Below the pieces are notes generated by a model, which did no database searches, had not been told where the DNA came from, and was given only the letters and a program-made list of their open reading frames with translations. The translations under genes were made by a program, and so were the position numbers. Shown here piece after piece: positions 34,401 to 64,000 of a DNA stretch of 64,000 nucleotides (position 1 is its first letter; every line of letters starts with the position of its first letter). The stretch comes from Felis catus (taxonomy: Eukaryota). The stretch covers positions 106,144,001-106,208,000 of the forward strand of contig NC_058377.1 of assembly GCF_018350175.1 (NCBI RefSeq), read 5' to 3'.

Positions 34401-37295
34401 ATGCCAGACGGGATGTACATGGTAATGGGGCGGCCGCGAAGGAACATCTTCACTGAGATGCCTTCTACAGAGAAAAGGGGGGTGTCAACCACCACCCTGC
34501 AGCCTCCCTTCCAGGAAAGCCAGAGCAGAACTCTACCCACCACACCTCACAGGTCCCCCAAAATAGCTCTCAGGGCTGTCGCCCAAACCCTAACACTGTC
34601 ATCCAAGTTATTCACTCCTCTGTACGTACCCAAATTGTAGTTGCTTCTCCGAGACCCAGGACCCCCGGGGCTGGAGAGGGGGTCTTTCCCCCCACGGCTG
34701 TTGGGAAGAGAGAAAAGCATAGGGATGGGGTCAGGGCCCAAGACCTAAGTGGGGAAGGGCAGGACACAAGAAAGGAGGTTACTCCAGAGACCTACAGAGT
34801 CATCTCTGCAGGCTTTTAGTTTGCATTCGGAGCATTCGGGGCCCCAGAGTAGATGGGGACTCTCAGCTCCATGTAAGAGATGAGAAGACTCAGGCCATAA
34901 AGCTTGTAAGAGCCAGTGCGGCAGCATGACAGGGGGGGAGCCCTTTCCTCTAGACTACCAGGCTTCTGGTTGACCTTTTCATTTCTCTATCGGTAAAATG
35001 GGACCAAAGTGAATCCAGAATGTACACCAGCCCTGCCTTTCAGGGATCTGGGAGATCAGCAAGGAAGTCTTTATCTCTCAAGGGGAAAGTAACAGGTGAA
35101 TTCCACAGATAGCTGTCATTAGATCAAAAACGTAGTGACTTCTCTTCTGAGAATACAGGGGAAACCGAGGACATGGCTAGAATGAACACTCAGGTGTCCT
35201 GGGGCCTGTACAGACTCTGAGACAACTATGTTCAGCCACTAGAATTTCCCCTTGCTCTGTAGAAATAAAGCCTGGTTGGGGGTGGGGTGGGGGGCGGTGA
35301 GGGGCAGTGGGGGGAAAGCTCCGAAAACGGTCATCCCGGAAAATCGCGAGAGCTTTCTGGTACCTCTCGGAATCCTGGAAGGTATGTGGTGATACGATGG
35401 AACCGAAGTCAGGGAGAGGAGGGTTCAGATCCTAGTTCTGGCTGTGTGACCTGAGACAAATGACTTAGCCTCTCTGAGCCTGCTTCCTCGCCTGGACAAT
35501 GAACAGCATGAGACCACCTACCCCCCAAGGGTGTCGTGGGAACTGAATGAGACGGAGGAGGTCGAGGGTTTAGCACAGTGCCGGGTACACAGCAGGCGCC
35601 CCTGGGGGGCTTGTTCCTTTCTTCCTGTTGGGCGATGAGGTCCCCCCACCCCACCCAGGGAAGTGAGGTGAGGGATGTGGAAAGTCAAGAGCCTGAGCGT
35701 GGGGTGGGGCGGGTTGGGGGTGGCGGGAGCCTCGCCCACCTCTCTGTGCTCCCTGACCGCAATAACAGGTTGGCCGAGGAAGCTGCCTTCCGGGAGAGTT
35801 TCTGCCGAGGCCGCTCTGAGGGGGATGAGGAGGAGGAAGAATTTCTCCGTGGCCTGGTAGGAGCATAGGGAGCTGGTAAAGATCGGTCCCTCTCCTCACG
35901 CTTCCCAGTCCCTCCGCCGGCCCTCCTGGCCCCTGCCACAGGACACTTACGTGTCAGCGCGCTGTGGGGGCTGCACAAGCCTGAGGATCCCTGGGGGGCC
36001 AGGGGAACCACTGCTGCTGCTGCCCCCTCCTTCAGACTGGGTCCCACTAGGCTCTTCACTGCCCCCCTGTGGGGCTGGGGGCCCATTGCTCAGGCCAGGG
36101 GGTCCAGGGGACGGCTGCATCTCAACCTCTGTCTCCGTCTGGGTGCCCCGGCTCACCAAGGAGGGGCTGCACGTGGGTGGCAGTCCTGGGGGGGCTGCAG
36201 GGCTGCTGGGGAGACAGTGAGTCAACCTGATGCCCCCAGAGGCCCTCGGAAGAAGAGGGCGTGACAACCTGCCTACCTGTCCCTTGTAGGAGCTGGGGCG
36301 CCAGGGTCCTGCAGGGAGTTGGGGGGCGCCTGCAGCCGCAGCAGGCGGAGGGCTTCTGCCAGGGCCGCCTTAACCAGCTCCATCTCCTTCTCCTGCACCT
36401 GAAGCCGCCGGCTCAAGGACTGCAGGGCCTCCTGAGCAGGGCCCTCACCTGGGAAAAGGGCAAGAAGCACTCAGAATGTACCCACCACCTGAAGAAAAGG
36501 GTTGAGGGGATTCTGACTCCCCTCCGACCTTGCATTCGTCCGATAGGACTACCCCCTTCAAGCAGCCCCGGGCTTGGAGGCTGGCCCGGAGGGGAGGAGG
36601 CGGGTGGTAGAGAATCAAGGGCCTCCTTCTGGCAGGGCAGGCGAGGAGCCTGGCAAGGCTCCCTTCCTGCTGCTGTCTCAACCTCCGCAAAGACAGGGAG
36701 TACCATGGAGTACCAGGGGGAAAATATGGAGTACTGCCCAGGAACGTGGGAACCACAGAGGGAGGCGCAGCGCCGGCGCGGGATGCCGGCCCACCCCAGA
36801 GCAAAGCTCAGGTCTCCAAGGCAGGCAGAGAAACTGAGAAGGGGGGCGCGAAAAGAAGAGGGCGCCCCGAAGAGTACAGTCATCTGAGGGCTCACAGGAC
36901 CAGGAGGAGAGATCGAGAATGACAGGAGAGGGTATCAGTGGAGACGGAGTCATAGTGAAGGTCCCAGGGTAACGGGTCAGAAGTAAAACGACCCGAAAGA
37001 CCATGAGAAGAGGCCCGGAATAACATAGGGGGCAGAGAAACATCGAGGGGCCCAGAATAGCATGGGGAATAGGATGACGTTGAGGAAGTTCGAAATGACA
37101 GTAGGAGATCCAAATAACTAGGGAGAGCGACCTGAGGAACAGTGGAGGATGCTCAGAACCCCTGAGGCCGAGGAGCACGCGGGGACGCCGCCAGACAGCC
37201 GTCGGGCACTGGCAGCGGCCGACCGGCCGGCGCTCCGGGAAGGGGCACGCCGCCCGCCCCGCCCCGTACTCACCGGGCCCCCCGGCCCCGTCCAT
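28466..37295 (-). CDS. EML3: Echinoderm microtubule-associated protein-like 3, 22 exons, about 895 aa
   Basis: Exons: 37274-37295, 36277-36448, 35951-36202 (or 36205), 35740-35853, 34630-34697, 34341-34464, 33950-about 34123 (mostly N), 33683-33752, 33485-33595, 33144-33239, 32605-32760, 32308-32449, 31733-31884, 31525-31650, 31310-31441, 30774-30841, 30199-30287, 30030-30127, 29813-29900, 29189-29287, 28761-28891, 28466-28669 (partly N). N-terminal coiled coil, HELP motif (MFLRGRPITMYIP...LDWV), WD40 repeats (GHTDELWGL, GHSSFITHLDWS, VADDFCKVHLF). Confidence 0.97.
28469..28632 (-). other. EML3: N-run (164 nt) inside the last EML3 coding exon
   Basis: Frame enters at YGGHGSH and the TGA lies immediately after the run (28466-28468), in frame. 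Confidence 0.9.
31960..32130 (-). mobile_element. MIR element, EML3 intron 12
   Basis: cagtttacagactgaacaaccgaggctcaaagaagcgaggtaacttcctaaaggccacacaactag. Confidence 0.7.
33978..34125 (-). other. EML3: N-run (148 nt) covering the acceptor and most of EML3 exon 7 (HELP/YGYRG exon)
   Basis: Visible 3' end encodes RGHTDCVRC; the branch point is visible just upstream of the run. Confidence 0.88.
35410..35590 (+). mobile_element. MIR element, EML3 intron 4
   Basis: gggttcagatcctagttctggctgtgtgacctgagacaaatgacttagcctctctgagcc. Confidence 0.7.
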
Positions 37296-38300
37296 CCGGC
37301 CCCCGGCTTGCTCCGAGCGGCGGCGGCGGAGGAGGCTTCTAAGCCGCCGGGGCCATGGCCAGGGAGAGGGGAAGGGGAAGCACCCCGGGGCGCGCGCGCA
37401 AGGGTGCCGTGCCACCCCCCGGGGGCGCTGTCGGGCGCGGGGAAAGGGCCTGGAGGGGGCGCTGTGGAGCGGGGGCGGCAGGCTCCAGGACCCGCCGGGG
37501 CCTCGGACTCTCCCGGGGCCGCTCTCGGCTCCCGGGGGTGGGGTGGCGGGGCCGTCCGGGGCCCCAGCGCCGCGGCACAAACAGGCGCCGGACGCGGAGC
37601 CGCCAGGAAGCGCGGGAGGGGGGGCGGGACGAGGGGGGGGGGCCGGGCCGCCTGGTAACCCCTCCCTGTCCGGGCCTCGCGGCTCAGTCCCCGGGCAGGG
37701 CTAACCCGCTGACCCCCGGACCCCCTCTGGGCCTCCGCCCTCCAGGCCCTTCCGGGATCCCCGCCCCCTGAATCCCTGGGGTCCTCTCTGGTCCCGGAGT
37801 CCCTGCCCCTAGCCCCTAGGGGCAGAGCCGACCGGCCCCTCCCCACTTCCGCGAGGGGGCAGGGGCGGGGTCATGAAATGGGCCCTTAGCCCGGGGGCGG
37901 GGCTTTTCCTAAGGGGCAAGGCCAAGGCATCTCGAATTGGGGCTGGCAGGGGCCAGGGCAGCGGGTTATTAAGGATGGGGGTGGGAGGATTCCCAGGGTA
38001 TTGGGGTCAGGATGGCATTAGCCCAGCTCAAGCCGGGCTGGGCTGACTCAGCACCCTGCGCCGGCCAACCCTAGTCCCTGAGAGCTCTGCTTTCCCTTGG
38101 GCAGAGATGGGAGATGGCGCCGGTGTTGCCCCTGGTGCTGCCCCTCCAGCCCCGCATCCGTCTGGCACAGGGGCTCTGGCTCCTCTCCTGGCTGCTGGCG
38201 CTGGCCGGTGGCCTCACCCTCCTCTATAGCGGGCACCTCCAGGTCCAGCTGTGGCACCTCAGCACCTTCTTGGCTCCCTCCTGCCCATTTGCTGCCCTGC
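36700..38300. promoter_or_regulatory. Shared head-to-head promoter CpG island of EML3 and ROM1
   Basis: EML3 ATG at 37295 (-) and ROM1 ATG at 38114 (+), 819 bp apart; GC boxes GGGGCGGGG at about 37860-37900. Confidence 0.8.
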
Positions 38301-39677
38301 CCCGGGTTGCCCTGGCAGCTGGTGCGGTGGCTTTGGGCACAGGACTGGTGGGTGCAGGGACCAGCAGGGCCAGTCTGGACGCAGCTCAATACCCTCCCTG
38401 GCGGAAGGTCCTAGGCCCGCTGCTCGTGGTTGGCACTGCTGGGGGCGGGGGTCTTCTGGTCCTGGCCCTGGGACTGGCCCTGGCTTTACCTGGGAGTCTG
38501 GACACAGGGCTGGAGGAGGGCCTGGGGACTGCCTTGGTTCACTACAAAGACACAGAGGTGCCCGGACACTGTCATGCCAAACGGCTGTTGGATGAGCTGC
38601 AGCTGAGGCACCACTGCTGCGGGCGCCACGGGTACAAGGATTGGTTTGGGGTCCAGTGGGTCAGCAGCCGTTACTTGGATCCCAATGACCAGGACGTGGT
38701 GGAGTGAGTGTCTTATTCCCCTGCCCCCCTCCTCCTGGCCTCCTTCCCCTCCTTTTCCTCCTCCCCATCCCTTGAAACCCACCTTACCCAGATAGGAAGT
38801 AAATAGAGCCTAGTGATCGAGAGAATGGGTTACAGATCTGCTATTCTATCAGGTGTGTGACCCAGGGCATGTTACCAAACAGCTCTGGGCCCATTTCCTC
38901 ATTTGTAGAATGGAGCTAATGGGACCGATCTTACAGACTTATTGTGAGGATAAATGAATTATGCACGCCCGGCACACAGCAAACCAGTCAGTGAAGGTCT
39001 TTTTCCTGTCTCCCTTCTCCATTCCTGTGCCCGGCAACCTTTCCTCCAGATCTCGACTTCCAGACGCCCTAACTCCCCTGCCCCCTCCCTTTGCAGCCGC
39101 ATCCAGAGCAACGTGGAGGGCCTGTATCTGATCGACGGTGTCCCTTTCTCCTGCTGCAACCCCCACTCACCCAGACCTTGCCTGCAAAACCGGCTCTCAG
39201 ACCCCCATGCCCACCCGCTCTTTGATCCCCGTCAGCCCAACCTAAACCTCTGGGCGCAAGGATGCCACGGGGTGCTGCTGGGGCACCTGCAGGGTTTGGC
39301 GAGCACGCTGGGCAGCATGCTGGCTGTCACCTTCCTGCTGCAGGTGAGTCAGCAAAGTGTCTGAGGGCTGCCTCCACCTGGGCCTCCTCGCTGCCTCCAG
39401 CTCTGGCCCCTGGGGCGGTGGACCCTCACTGACCTCTTTCCCTTTGCTTTTCCCCCAGACTCTGGTGCTCCTGGGCCTGCGGTACCTGCAGACAGCACTG
39501 GAAGGGCTCGGAGGAGTCATCGATGGGGAGGGAGAGACCCAGGGCTACCTCTTTCCCAGCGGGCTGAAGGACATGCTGCAAACAGCGTGGCGACAGGGAG
39601 GGGTTGCTCACAGGCCGGCACCTGAGGAGACCCCACCGGAAGAGGCACCTCCTAAGGAGGGTCCACCTGAGGCCTAG
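38114..39677 (+). CDS. ROM1: Rod outer segment membrane protein 1 (peripherin-type tetraspanin), 3 exons, 351 aa
   Basis: Exons 38114-38703, 39097-39343, 39459-39677; sum 1056 nt. MAPVLPLVLPLQPRIRLAQGLWLLSW start, tetraspanin CCG motif (HHCCGRHG), DGVPFSCCNP in the D2 loop. Confidence 0.99.
38800..38990 (+). mobile_element. MIR element, ROM1 intron 1
   Basis: gtgtgacccagggcatgttacc...tttcctcatttgtagaatggagctaat. Confidence 0.68.
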
Positions 39678-39946
39678 TGGCCTGATGGGGAATGGGAGGG
39701 GGGAAGGGGAGGGATGGACAAACACTGAAAACCTCACAACTCCATACCAAGGCTCCAGGTGGGGGAGGGGGGGTCCCTGGGATTAGAGGGGTTCAGGATA
39801 GTCACCGAGCTGGACTGGGGGCGGCAGGAAAACTAGGTGGCCGGGGCTTAGCCCCTGCGGCTGGAACCAGCGGGGAACAGAGAAAACACAGGGTGATGGG
39901 AAAGCGACACGGGAAGGGCTGGCGACTGCTCCTGGCACAGAGACTC

Positions 39947-39952
39947 AATAAA
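39947..39952 (+). terminator. ROM1: ROM1 polyadenylation signal AATAAA
   Basis: AATAAA 270 nt past the TAG. Confidence 0.8.
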
Positions 39953-40131
39953 GCTTTTTGCACTGAAGCCACCGATCTTCCTTTCGAGGGGGTTGGGGGG
40001 CCCTGGGAGAATTGATTTCTGTCTGGTAGAGAAGCCAGGACTCCTGGGTTTCGACTCTGGGAAGGATCTCAAATGCAAGAGCCAGAATGTGTGGAATGAA
40101 GGAAACCACAGGCCCCTCCAGCTTGAGATCT

Positions 40132-40137
40132 TTTATT
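40132..40137 (-). terminator. B3GAT3: B3GAT3 polyadenylation signal AATAAA
   Basis: tttatt about 385 nt past the TGA at 40520. Confidence 0.8.
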
Positions 40138-40519
40138 CTGGAGGTAGGAGAGGGGGTCAGCATGCTCAGGTGGGGAGGGTCCAGCCCAGCTCCTCCAGCC
40201 CCCCAGGGCATGCCCAGCCCCAGTGAGTTGCCCGGTTGCTCAGCAGCCCTCCCTCCTGAGTGCCTGTCCTGCTCCGCCCCAGACAGGGCTGACCTGGCTC
40301 AATACAAGGGCTGCTTGTCCCCAGCCTGTGGGCAGTGCCACATGGCAGGGCTGGGGGAGGGGCGAAGCAGCTGGGCCATGCCCTGGGGCTGAGGGGGCAG
40401 AGGGGCCACCGCCCCGGCTCTGAGGGGTCAGGACTAGGAAAACCGGATCCTGGGCAGGCCAGGGGCCCAGTCCGCCAGGTCTGTGCCTGAGGAGGTGGTA
40501 GTCAGGGTGGGGCCTGCCA

Positions 40520-44700
<4,181 letters not shown>

Positions 44701-45397
44701 GGCGCCCGGGCAGGCGGGGTCCCGGGGACACGAGGGGTCCCCGCCCCCCACCCGCCAGCCTGCAGACCCCGCCCCTGCAGCGGCCCCGCCCCGCGTCCCG
44801 CCTTCCTCACGCTCGTCTCCACCGGCTCCCGGGAGCTGGGGCCGACAGCGCCCGCCCGTGCCCACTTCCGGTCAGTCTGCACACCGCCCCCCGGGTTAAT
44901 TTCCGGTCCCACAGCCTAGTTCTGGGAACCACGGGAGTGGGTGACGTCATATCCGGCGTGTCGCGCTCGCGTGGCGGGCAGTCAGAAGCCTGGTGGGAGC
45001 GACGTTGAAACCTTCCCCTTGAGCGCCCGTCCCTGTGTCTAGACTTCCTCCTTATTTTCATTCATTCATCAGTCACAGCACCCAGTAATAGTTTAACAAA
45101 CACTCGTCACACGAATGAATGAAATCTGGGACTTCTCACGTGCCAGGCCTGTGCTCTGGGTGTCTGTCATGCATTCCTCACTAGAATCCTGACATAGGTG
45201 GTATTGTCCCCATTTTACAGACAAGTAACCAAGGTTGGCAAAAACTGCGAAATTGCCATGATGCAGTATGCTGCCCCTTCTAGATCTGTACTGTTTGCTC
45301 TGACCATTTCTTAAACAGGTGACAATAGGGGGCAGGGTAGGGGGGAGTAGGGAGTGGGGTGCAAGGCAGTGGGCCACCTCCCAAAAAACTGGAAATA

Positions 45398-45552
45398 GTT
45401 CTTGATGGTTAAGCGTCCAACTTTGGCTCAAGTCGTGATCTCACAGTTGGTGGTTTGAGCCCTGCCATGGGCTCTGGGCTGACAGTGTGGGCTGCTTGGG
45501 ATTCTCTCCCTCTCTGCCCCTGTCCCACTTGCGCTCTCAAAATAAATAAAAA
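45398..45552 (+). mobile_element. 5'-truncated Can-SINE
   Basis: ggttaagcgtccaactttggctcaagtcgtgatctcacag...ctctcaaaataaataaaa. Confidence 0.8.
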
Positions 45553-45810
45553 TACATGTATTTCTTGAACTGAGCATTCCAAGGACACATCCCCTAACTA
45601 TTCATAGGCACAAGCCTTCCTGAGGAGTCATTTTCCCTGAAAAAAAAAAAAAAAATCCTATAGTTTCTTATAAAATAATCTGAGACTGGTCGTCAGTCTA
45701 CAAAATGGAGAGAACTATTTCCCATCGCTGAAACAATGGGGAATTCGTGAGAGCATCAGACTAAATAGCTGTTTCTATTCAAGAGGGACCCTATCAGCTC
45801 TGGTCACCAC

Positions 45811-46198
45811 TATTTTTTTTTTATTATTATTATTTATTATTTATTTTTGAGAGAGTGTGAGCAAGGGAGGGGCAGAGAGGGAGATCTCAAAGAGGCTCTG
45901 TAGTGCCAGAGCTGAGCCCGACGCGGGGCTCGAATTCACAAACCAGATAATGACCTGAGCCAAAATCAAGTCGGACCCTCAACCGAACCACCCAGACGCC
46001 ATTAAAAAAAATATTTTTAATGTTTGAGTGAAAGAGTGCGAGTGGGGGAGGGGCAGAGAGAGGGACACAGAATCTGAAGCAGGCTCCAGTCTGAGCTGTC
46101 AGCACAAGAGCCTGACACGGGGCTCAAACCCATGAACCGCAAGATCATGACCTGAGAGGAAGTCAGATGCTTAACCGAAGAAGCCACCCAGGCGCCCC
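45811..46198 (-). mobile_element. Two tandem Can-SINEs inside one 17-bp TSD
   Basis: ctctggtcaccactatt flanks both ends (about 45797-45813 and 46197-46213). Confidence 0.87.
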
Positions 46199-46432
46199 TC
46201 TGGTCACCACTATTAACTAGGCCTACTAAAATCTGATGACCTTGCCGGACTCCTCTATGAAAATACTGGCCTCTAGCAAGTTGAAGACCACTTGCACTTG
46301 CTCATTTTGCTGAACTGATGAGGCTTATGCTGAAGCTAGATGAAAATCTCAGGCCCTCAGGCTTCTTCTAAGGGTCTGTGGTTCAGGCCAGAACTAGAAT
46401 CCAGACACCAACAGTTATTTATGGTTTATCTC

Positions 46433-46438
46433 TTTATT
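46433..46438 (-). terminator. GANAB: GANAB polyadenylation signal AATAAA
   Basis: tttatt about 980 nt past the TAA at 47415. Confidence 0.7.
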
Positions 46439-47414
46439 GTTTCTCCTTTTATCAAAACCTGTCACAGCTGGGGGCCAAGAGGAAGTAAAAAAAATTGCCA
46501 CAAATATTCCCCCTTGTCCCCAGTTAGTCCTGTCCCACCCCCCGCCCAGGGCTTCGGGCCAACCCTGGGCACACATGATCATCTGCCCCCACCCTCAGCC
46601 TTCTCGGAACAATAAATACAGGTGACCGTGATTCAATGAAACCACAACTGATTTCTCCATCTTGAATGCCCCTCAAGGGGACAAAAAGGGGGCAAAAGAA
46701 GTTTAATGCCCATCCCCTCTTGAAGAAGAGTGGAAACTTCTTTCCCCCACGGGACAGGGGAGACAGAACTGCCCCTGTCAGAACTGCAGCAGCTCTAGAA
46801 GCAACCAGGGAGAGGAAAGGTTGGGGTGACAGGGAAGAGGATGTTCTCCAGCAACCTCACTCCTTTGATCCATTCATCCCTTATCAGGTAAGGGGTGGTC
46901 CCAGTGTATCAATGGGGCATAAAAAGGGGAGCGCTGACAGAGAAGAATCAGGAGGAAGAAATAAAAGGAGGGAGAGCAGTTTGGTGGGGAGAGGAGGGGA
47001 AGGAGAAAAGGAGCCCTAAAGCTCACTGCCCTCATCTTCTTCCAAGAAACGGCATCAACACACAAGAGGTATGAATGAAGAGGGTCTGGAGGGGATTCAG
47101 GGCCCCCAAAAGAAAGGAAGAAAAGAGAAAGCAAGGGCCTCGTGGTCCCCAGGTCTTCACAGGTGAATGTGCTCCAGTTAGAGCAACAGAGTGTTGGGGG
47201 AATGGAGGGAGACGGCGTCAGCGGGGTGGGAGAGGTCGGAAGATCACAAGAGGAAGTTAGAGCCCAGGGACAGCTTCTCATCCTGCCCAGATGTTGGCAG
47301 AATCTGGGTCTTCAGATAAGAAAGGTGAAGTGTGGGGAGGGTCACACTCCAAGGCAGGAGGAAGAGGAACTCTTATCACCGCCGCACCCCTCCCACCCCC
47401 CGGCATCCCTTGGG

Positions 47415-62222
<14,808 letters not shown>

Positions 62223-62509
62223 CTTGTGCCGGGTTTGCTCCTTGACCCCGAGCCTCCCCTCCCCCCGCGCGCGTTGAGCCACGTATCTTAGCGCCCGCCC
62301 CTTCCGGCCTTCTGATTGGCCCGGCCACACAACGGCCGGGCGGCTACCCCATTGGCAGAGCGCACACAATAAATGCCCGCGGAAGGCGGGGCCAGGGGCG
62401 TGGCCTGATGGCGGGGGCGGGACTGTTCAGAGCCAGGCGCTGTCCGACTTTGCCAGCTCTTAAGCATCAGACAGAGGCACTGGACTCTGCTTTTCTCAAC
62501 TCGGTAAAT

Positions 62510-62515
62510 TTTATT
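62510..62515 (-). terminator. INTS5: INTS5 polyadenylation signal AATAAA
   Basis: tttatt about 145 nt past the stop at 62660. Confidence 0.75.
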
Positions 62516-62659
62516 TAGAAAAAAAAGGCGGGGGAGGAAAAAAGTGACACCGCTCTTTAGGCCAAGGTTTAGAAGAGAAACCTCCACCTTTCTGCAGCAC
62601 CTTAGCCCCCCCTCTCTCTCACTGCTTAACGTCCCTTGGCTTCCGAATCATGGAAAAGG

Positions 62660-64000
62660 CTATGTCCCCTGCCGAAGGAGAGTGGACGGTGAAGGTGCCT
62701 GGAAACGGCCAGAGAAAAGCCCCAAGCGGTCAATGTTGCGGTGGAGGACACTGTGCAGAACCGCGAGATGGGGTCCACCCTCACCCCCACCCTCCCTGGA
62801 GAAGTCCCGGATGAAGCGACCACGCTCTGACTGGAAGATGAATTTCTGGGGCAATGGCCCATGCTCCCGGAGAAAGCCCCAGACACTGAGCAGCAGCAGA
62901 CGCACTTCGAAAGGTGCCAGTTGGCTAAATACCTCGTGCATATTCCCCAGGGCTGGTGGCAGGAGGCTTCCCTCAGCCATGACTGCTACCAGGGTGCAGG
63001 ATGCCTCCAGGTGCCAAGGGGAGTGAGCTGTATCAGGGTGGCGAGAGGCTTCCCAATGACCCAAGAGGGCGGCCAGTAGCCCCCGCAGGAGCACGGAGCA
63101 GTAGCACAGGGCTGGGGGAGCAGCTGCTACCAGCTTTAACAGCTCGAAGAGCAGGGGCTGTTCCCGGAAGCGCCGGCCAATGCGGAGATCCCGCTCCACG
63201 GTGGCCCGGGCATGCTCCTCAGGGGGCCAGGCTAGCTCAGCACCAGCTGCATCAGGACACACACTCTCCACTAACGTCACTGCCACTGCTTTGGCTGCCT
63301 CCGGGCTCAGGGTGGGAGTCCCCCAGCAGCCCCCACATTCAGTCCCCCCGGGGGCACTGCAGCAGTGCACCAGGAGGCTGAGGAGGCTCTGGGTGTTATA
63401 GATCACTTCCTGCTGATCTCGCGACTGCACAAACTTGGGTGGCTTTAGGCCACGACCGATGACTCCAGCGTGGAAAACTGACCAAATCCCTCCAGGACCT
63501 GGCACGGCTGCAGTGTGCCGCCGGTTTGTGTCCAACAGGGAGGCAGAAGCCAAAGGAGCGGAGACAACTGAAAGAGTCTCGTTGTCCCTGTCCACTTCCC
63601 CTCCAAACAGTTCTGTGTTGCCCCGATGCAAGGCTCCCTCGACTAGCAGCTGCAAGACAGCCTTGAGCCCAGCTGGAGAGGTCTGAGAGAGGCGGGTAAG
63701 AAGCTGAGAGGCCGAAGCCACACCTGGGGGGCCATGCAGCCTCAGAGAGGCAAAGAAGCGATGCACTCCAGCTCTCACCAGTCCCAGGAGTTGGGAGGGG
63801 GACAGGGCTTCTTGAGGAAAGGGACAAATGGCCAGGAGGGAGGCAGCAGCTTCAGCTACTTCCTCCTCAGGATGTAGCAGGAGAGGACCCAGGTCAGACA
63901 AATGGGCTGACGCAGACTCCCCAAACCGGGCCCCTAGGGCTGCAGGGCCCTCACCACCCTGCTGTTCCCACCCGACTAGCAGTGCCAAGTTGCGCAGGAA
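62660..64000 (-). CDS. INTS5: Integrator complex subunit 5, C-terminal part of the large last exon (runs off the right edge)
   Basis: Uninterrupted frame to the window end ([18 protein letters not shown]...[22 protein letters not shown]...[28 protein letters not shown] stop); recognised sequence and synteny. Confidence 0.95.
   Translation of the reverse strand, partial: FLRNLALLVGWEQQGGEGPAALGARFGESASAHLSDLGPLLLHPEEEVAEAAASLLAICPFPQEALSPSQLLGLVRAGVHRFFASLRLHGPPGVASASQLLTRLSQTSPAGLKAVLQLLVEGALHRGNTELFGGEVDRDNETLSVVSAPLASASLLDTNRRHTAAVPGPGGIWSVFHAGVIGRGLKPPKFVQSRDQQEVIYNTQSLLSLLVHCCSAPGGTECGGCWGTPTLSPEAAKAVAVTLVESVCPDAAGAELAWPPEEHARATVERDLRIGRRFREQPLLFELLKLVAAAPPALCYCSVLLRGLLAALLGHWEASRHPDTAHSPWHLEASCTLVAVMAEGSLLPPALGNMHEVFSQLAPFEVRLLLLSVWGFLREHGPLPQKFIFQSERGRFIRDFSREGGGEGGPHLAVLHSVLHRNIDRLGLFSGRFQAPSPSTLLRQGT

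Noticed and set aside
33663-37846. Long ORFs antisense to or overlapping EML3 exons and promoter
   Set aside because: Shadows of GC-rich coding exons or the CpG island; many start at non-ATG codons.
62279-62410. ER-stress element in the GANAB promoter
   Set aside because: CCAAT boxes and CCACGTA are present, but neither CCAAT-N9-CCACG nor ATTGG-N-CCACG spacing is met on either strand.

Overview
This is mammalian genomic DNA, most likely a felid: the young SINE at 4088-4320 and many others are carnivore/feline tRNA-derived Can-SINEs. It is a compact housekeeping cluster with the same gene order as human 11q12.3: EEF1G(-, 5' part), TUT1(-), MTA2(-), EML3(-), ROM1(+), B3GAT3(-), GANAB(-), INTS5(-, 3' part). 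I traced exons and splice phases by hand. The spliced CDSs give 873 aa (TUT1), 668 aa (MTA2), about 895 aa (EML3), 351 aa (ROM1), 335 aa (B3GAT3, assuming an 82-nt first exon) and 944/966 aa (GANAB, assuming 70-nt and 66-nt partly hidden exons). These match or come within 1 aa of the human lengths as I recall them. Six N-runs each hide all or part of a coding exon. Most entries in the ORF track are exon read-throughs, antisense/CpG-island ORFs or SINE ORFs. I see no new gene family or biological system. The notable points are RNA-processing and translation details: a U12-type intron in EML3, a GC-AG intron in GANAB, a duplicated in-frame donor in MTA2, strong-Kozak uATGs in ROM1 and EML3, loss of the human upstream TUT1 ATG, and an in-frame GANAB-to-B3GAT3 read-through geometry. 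Repeat boundaries are approximate and family names come from recall, not a database search.
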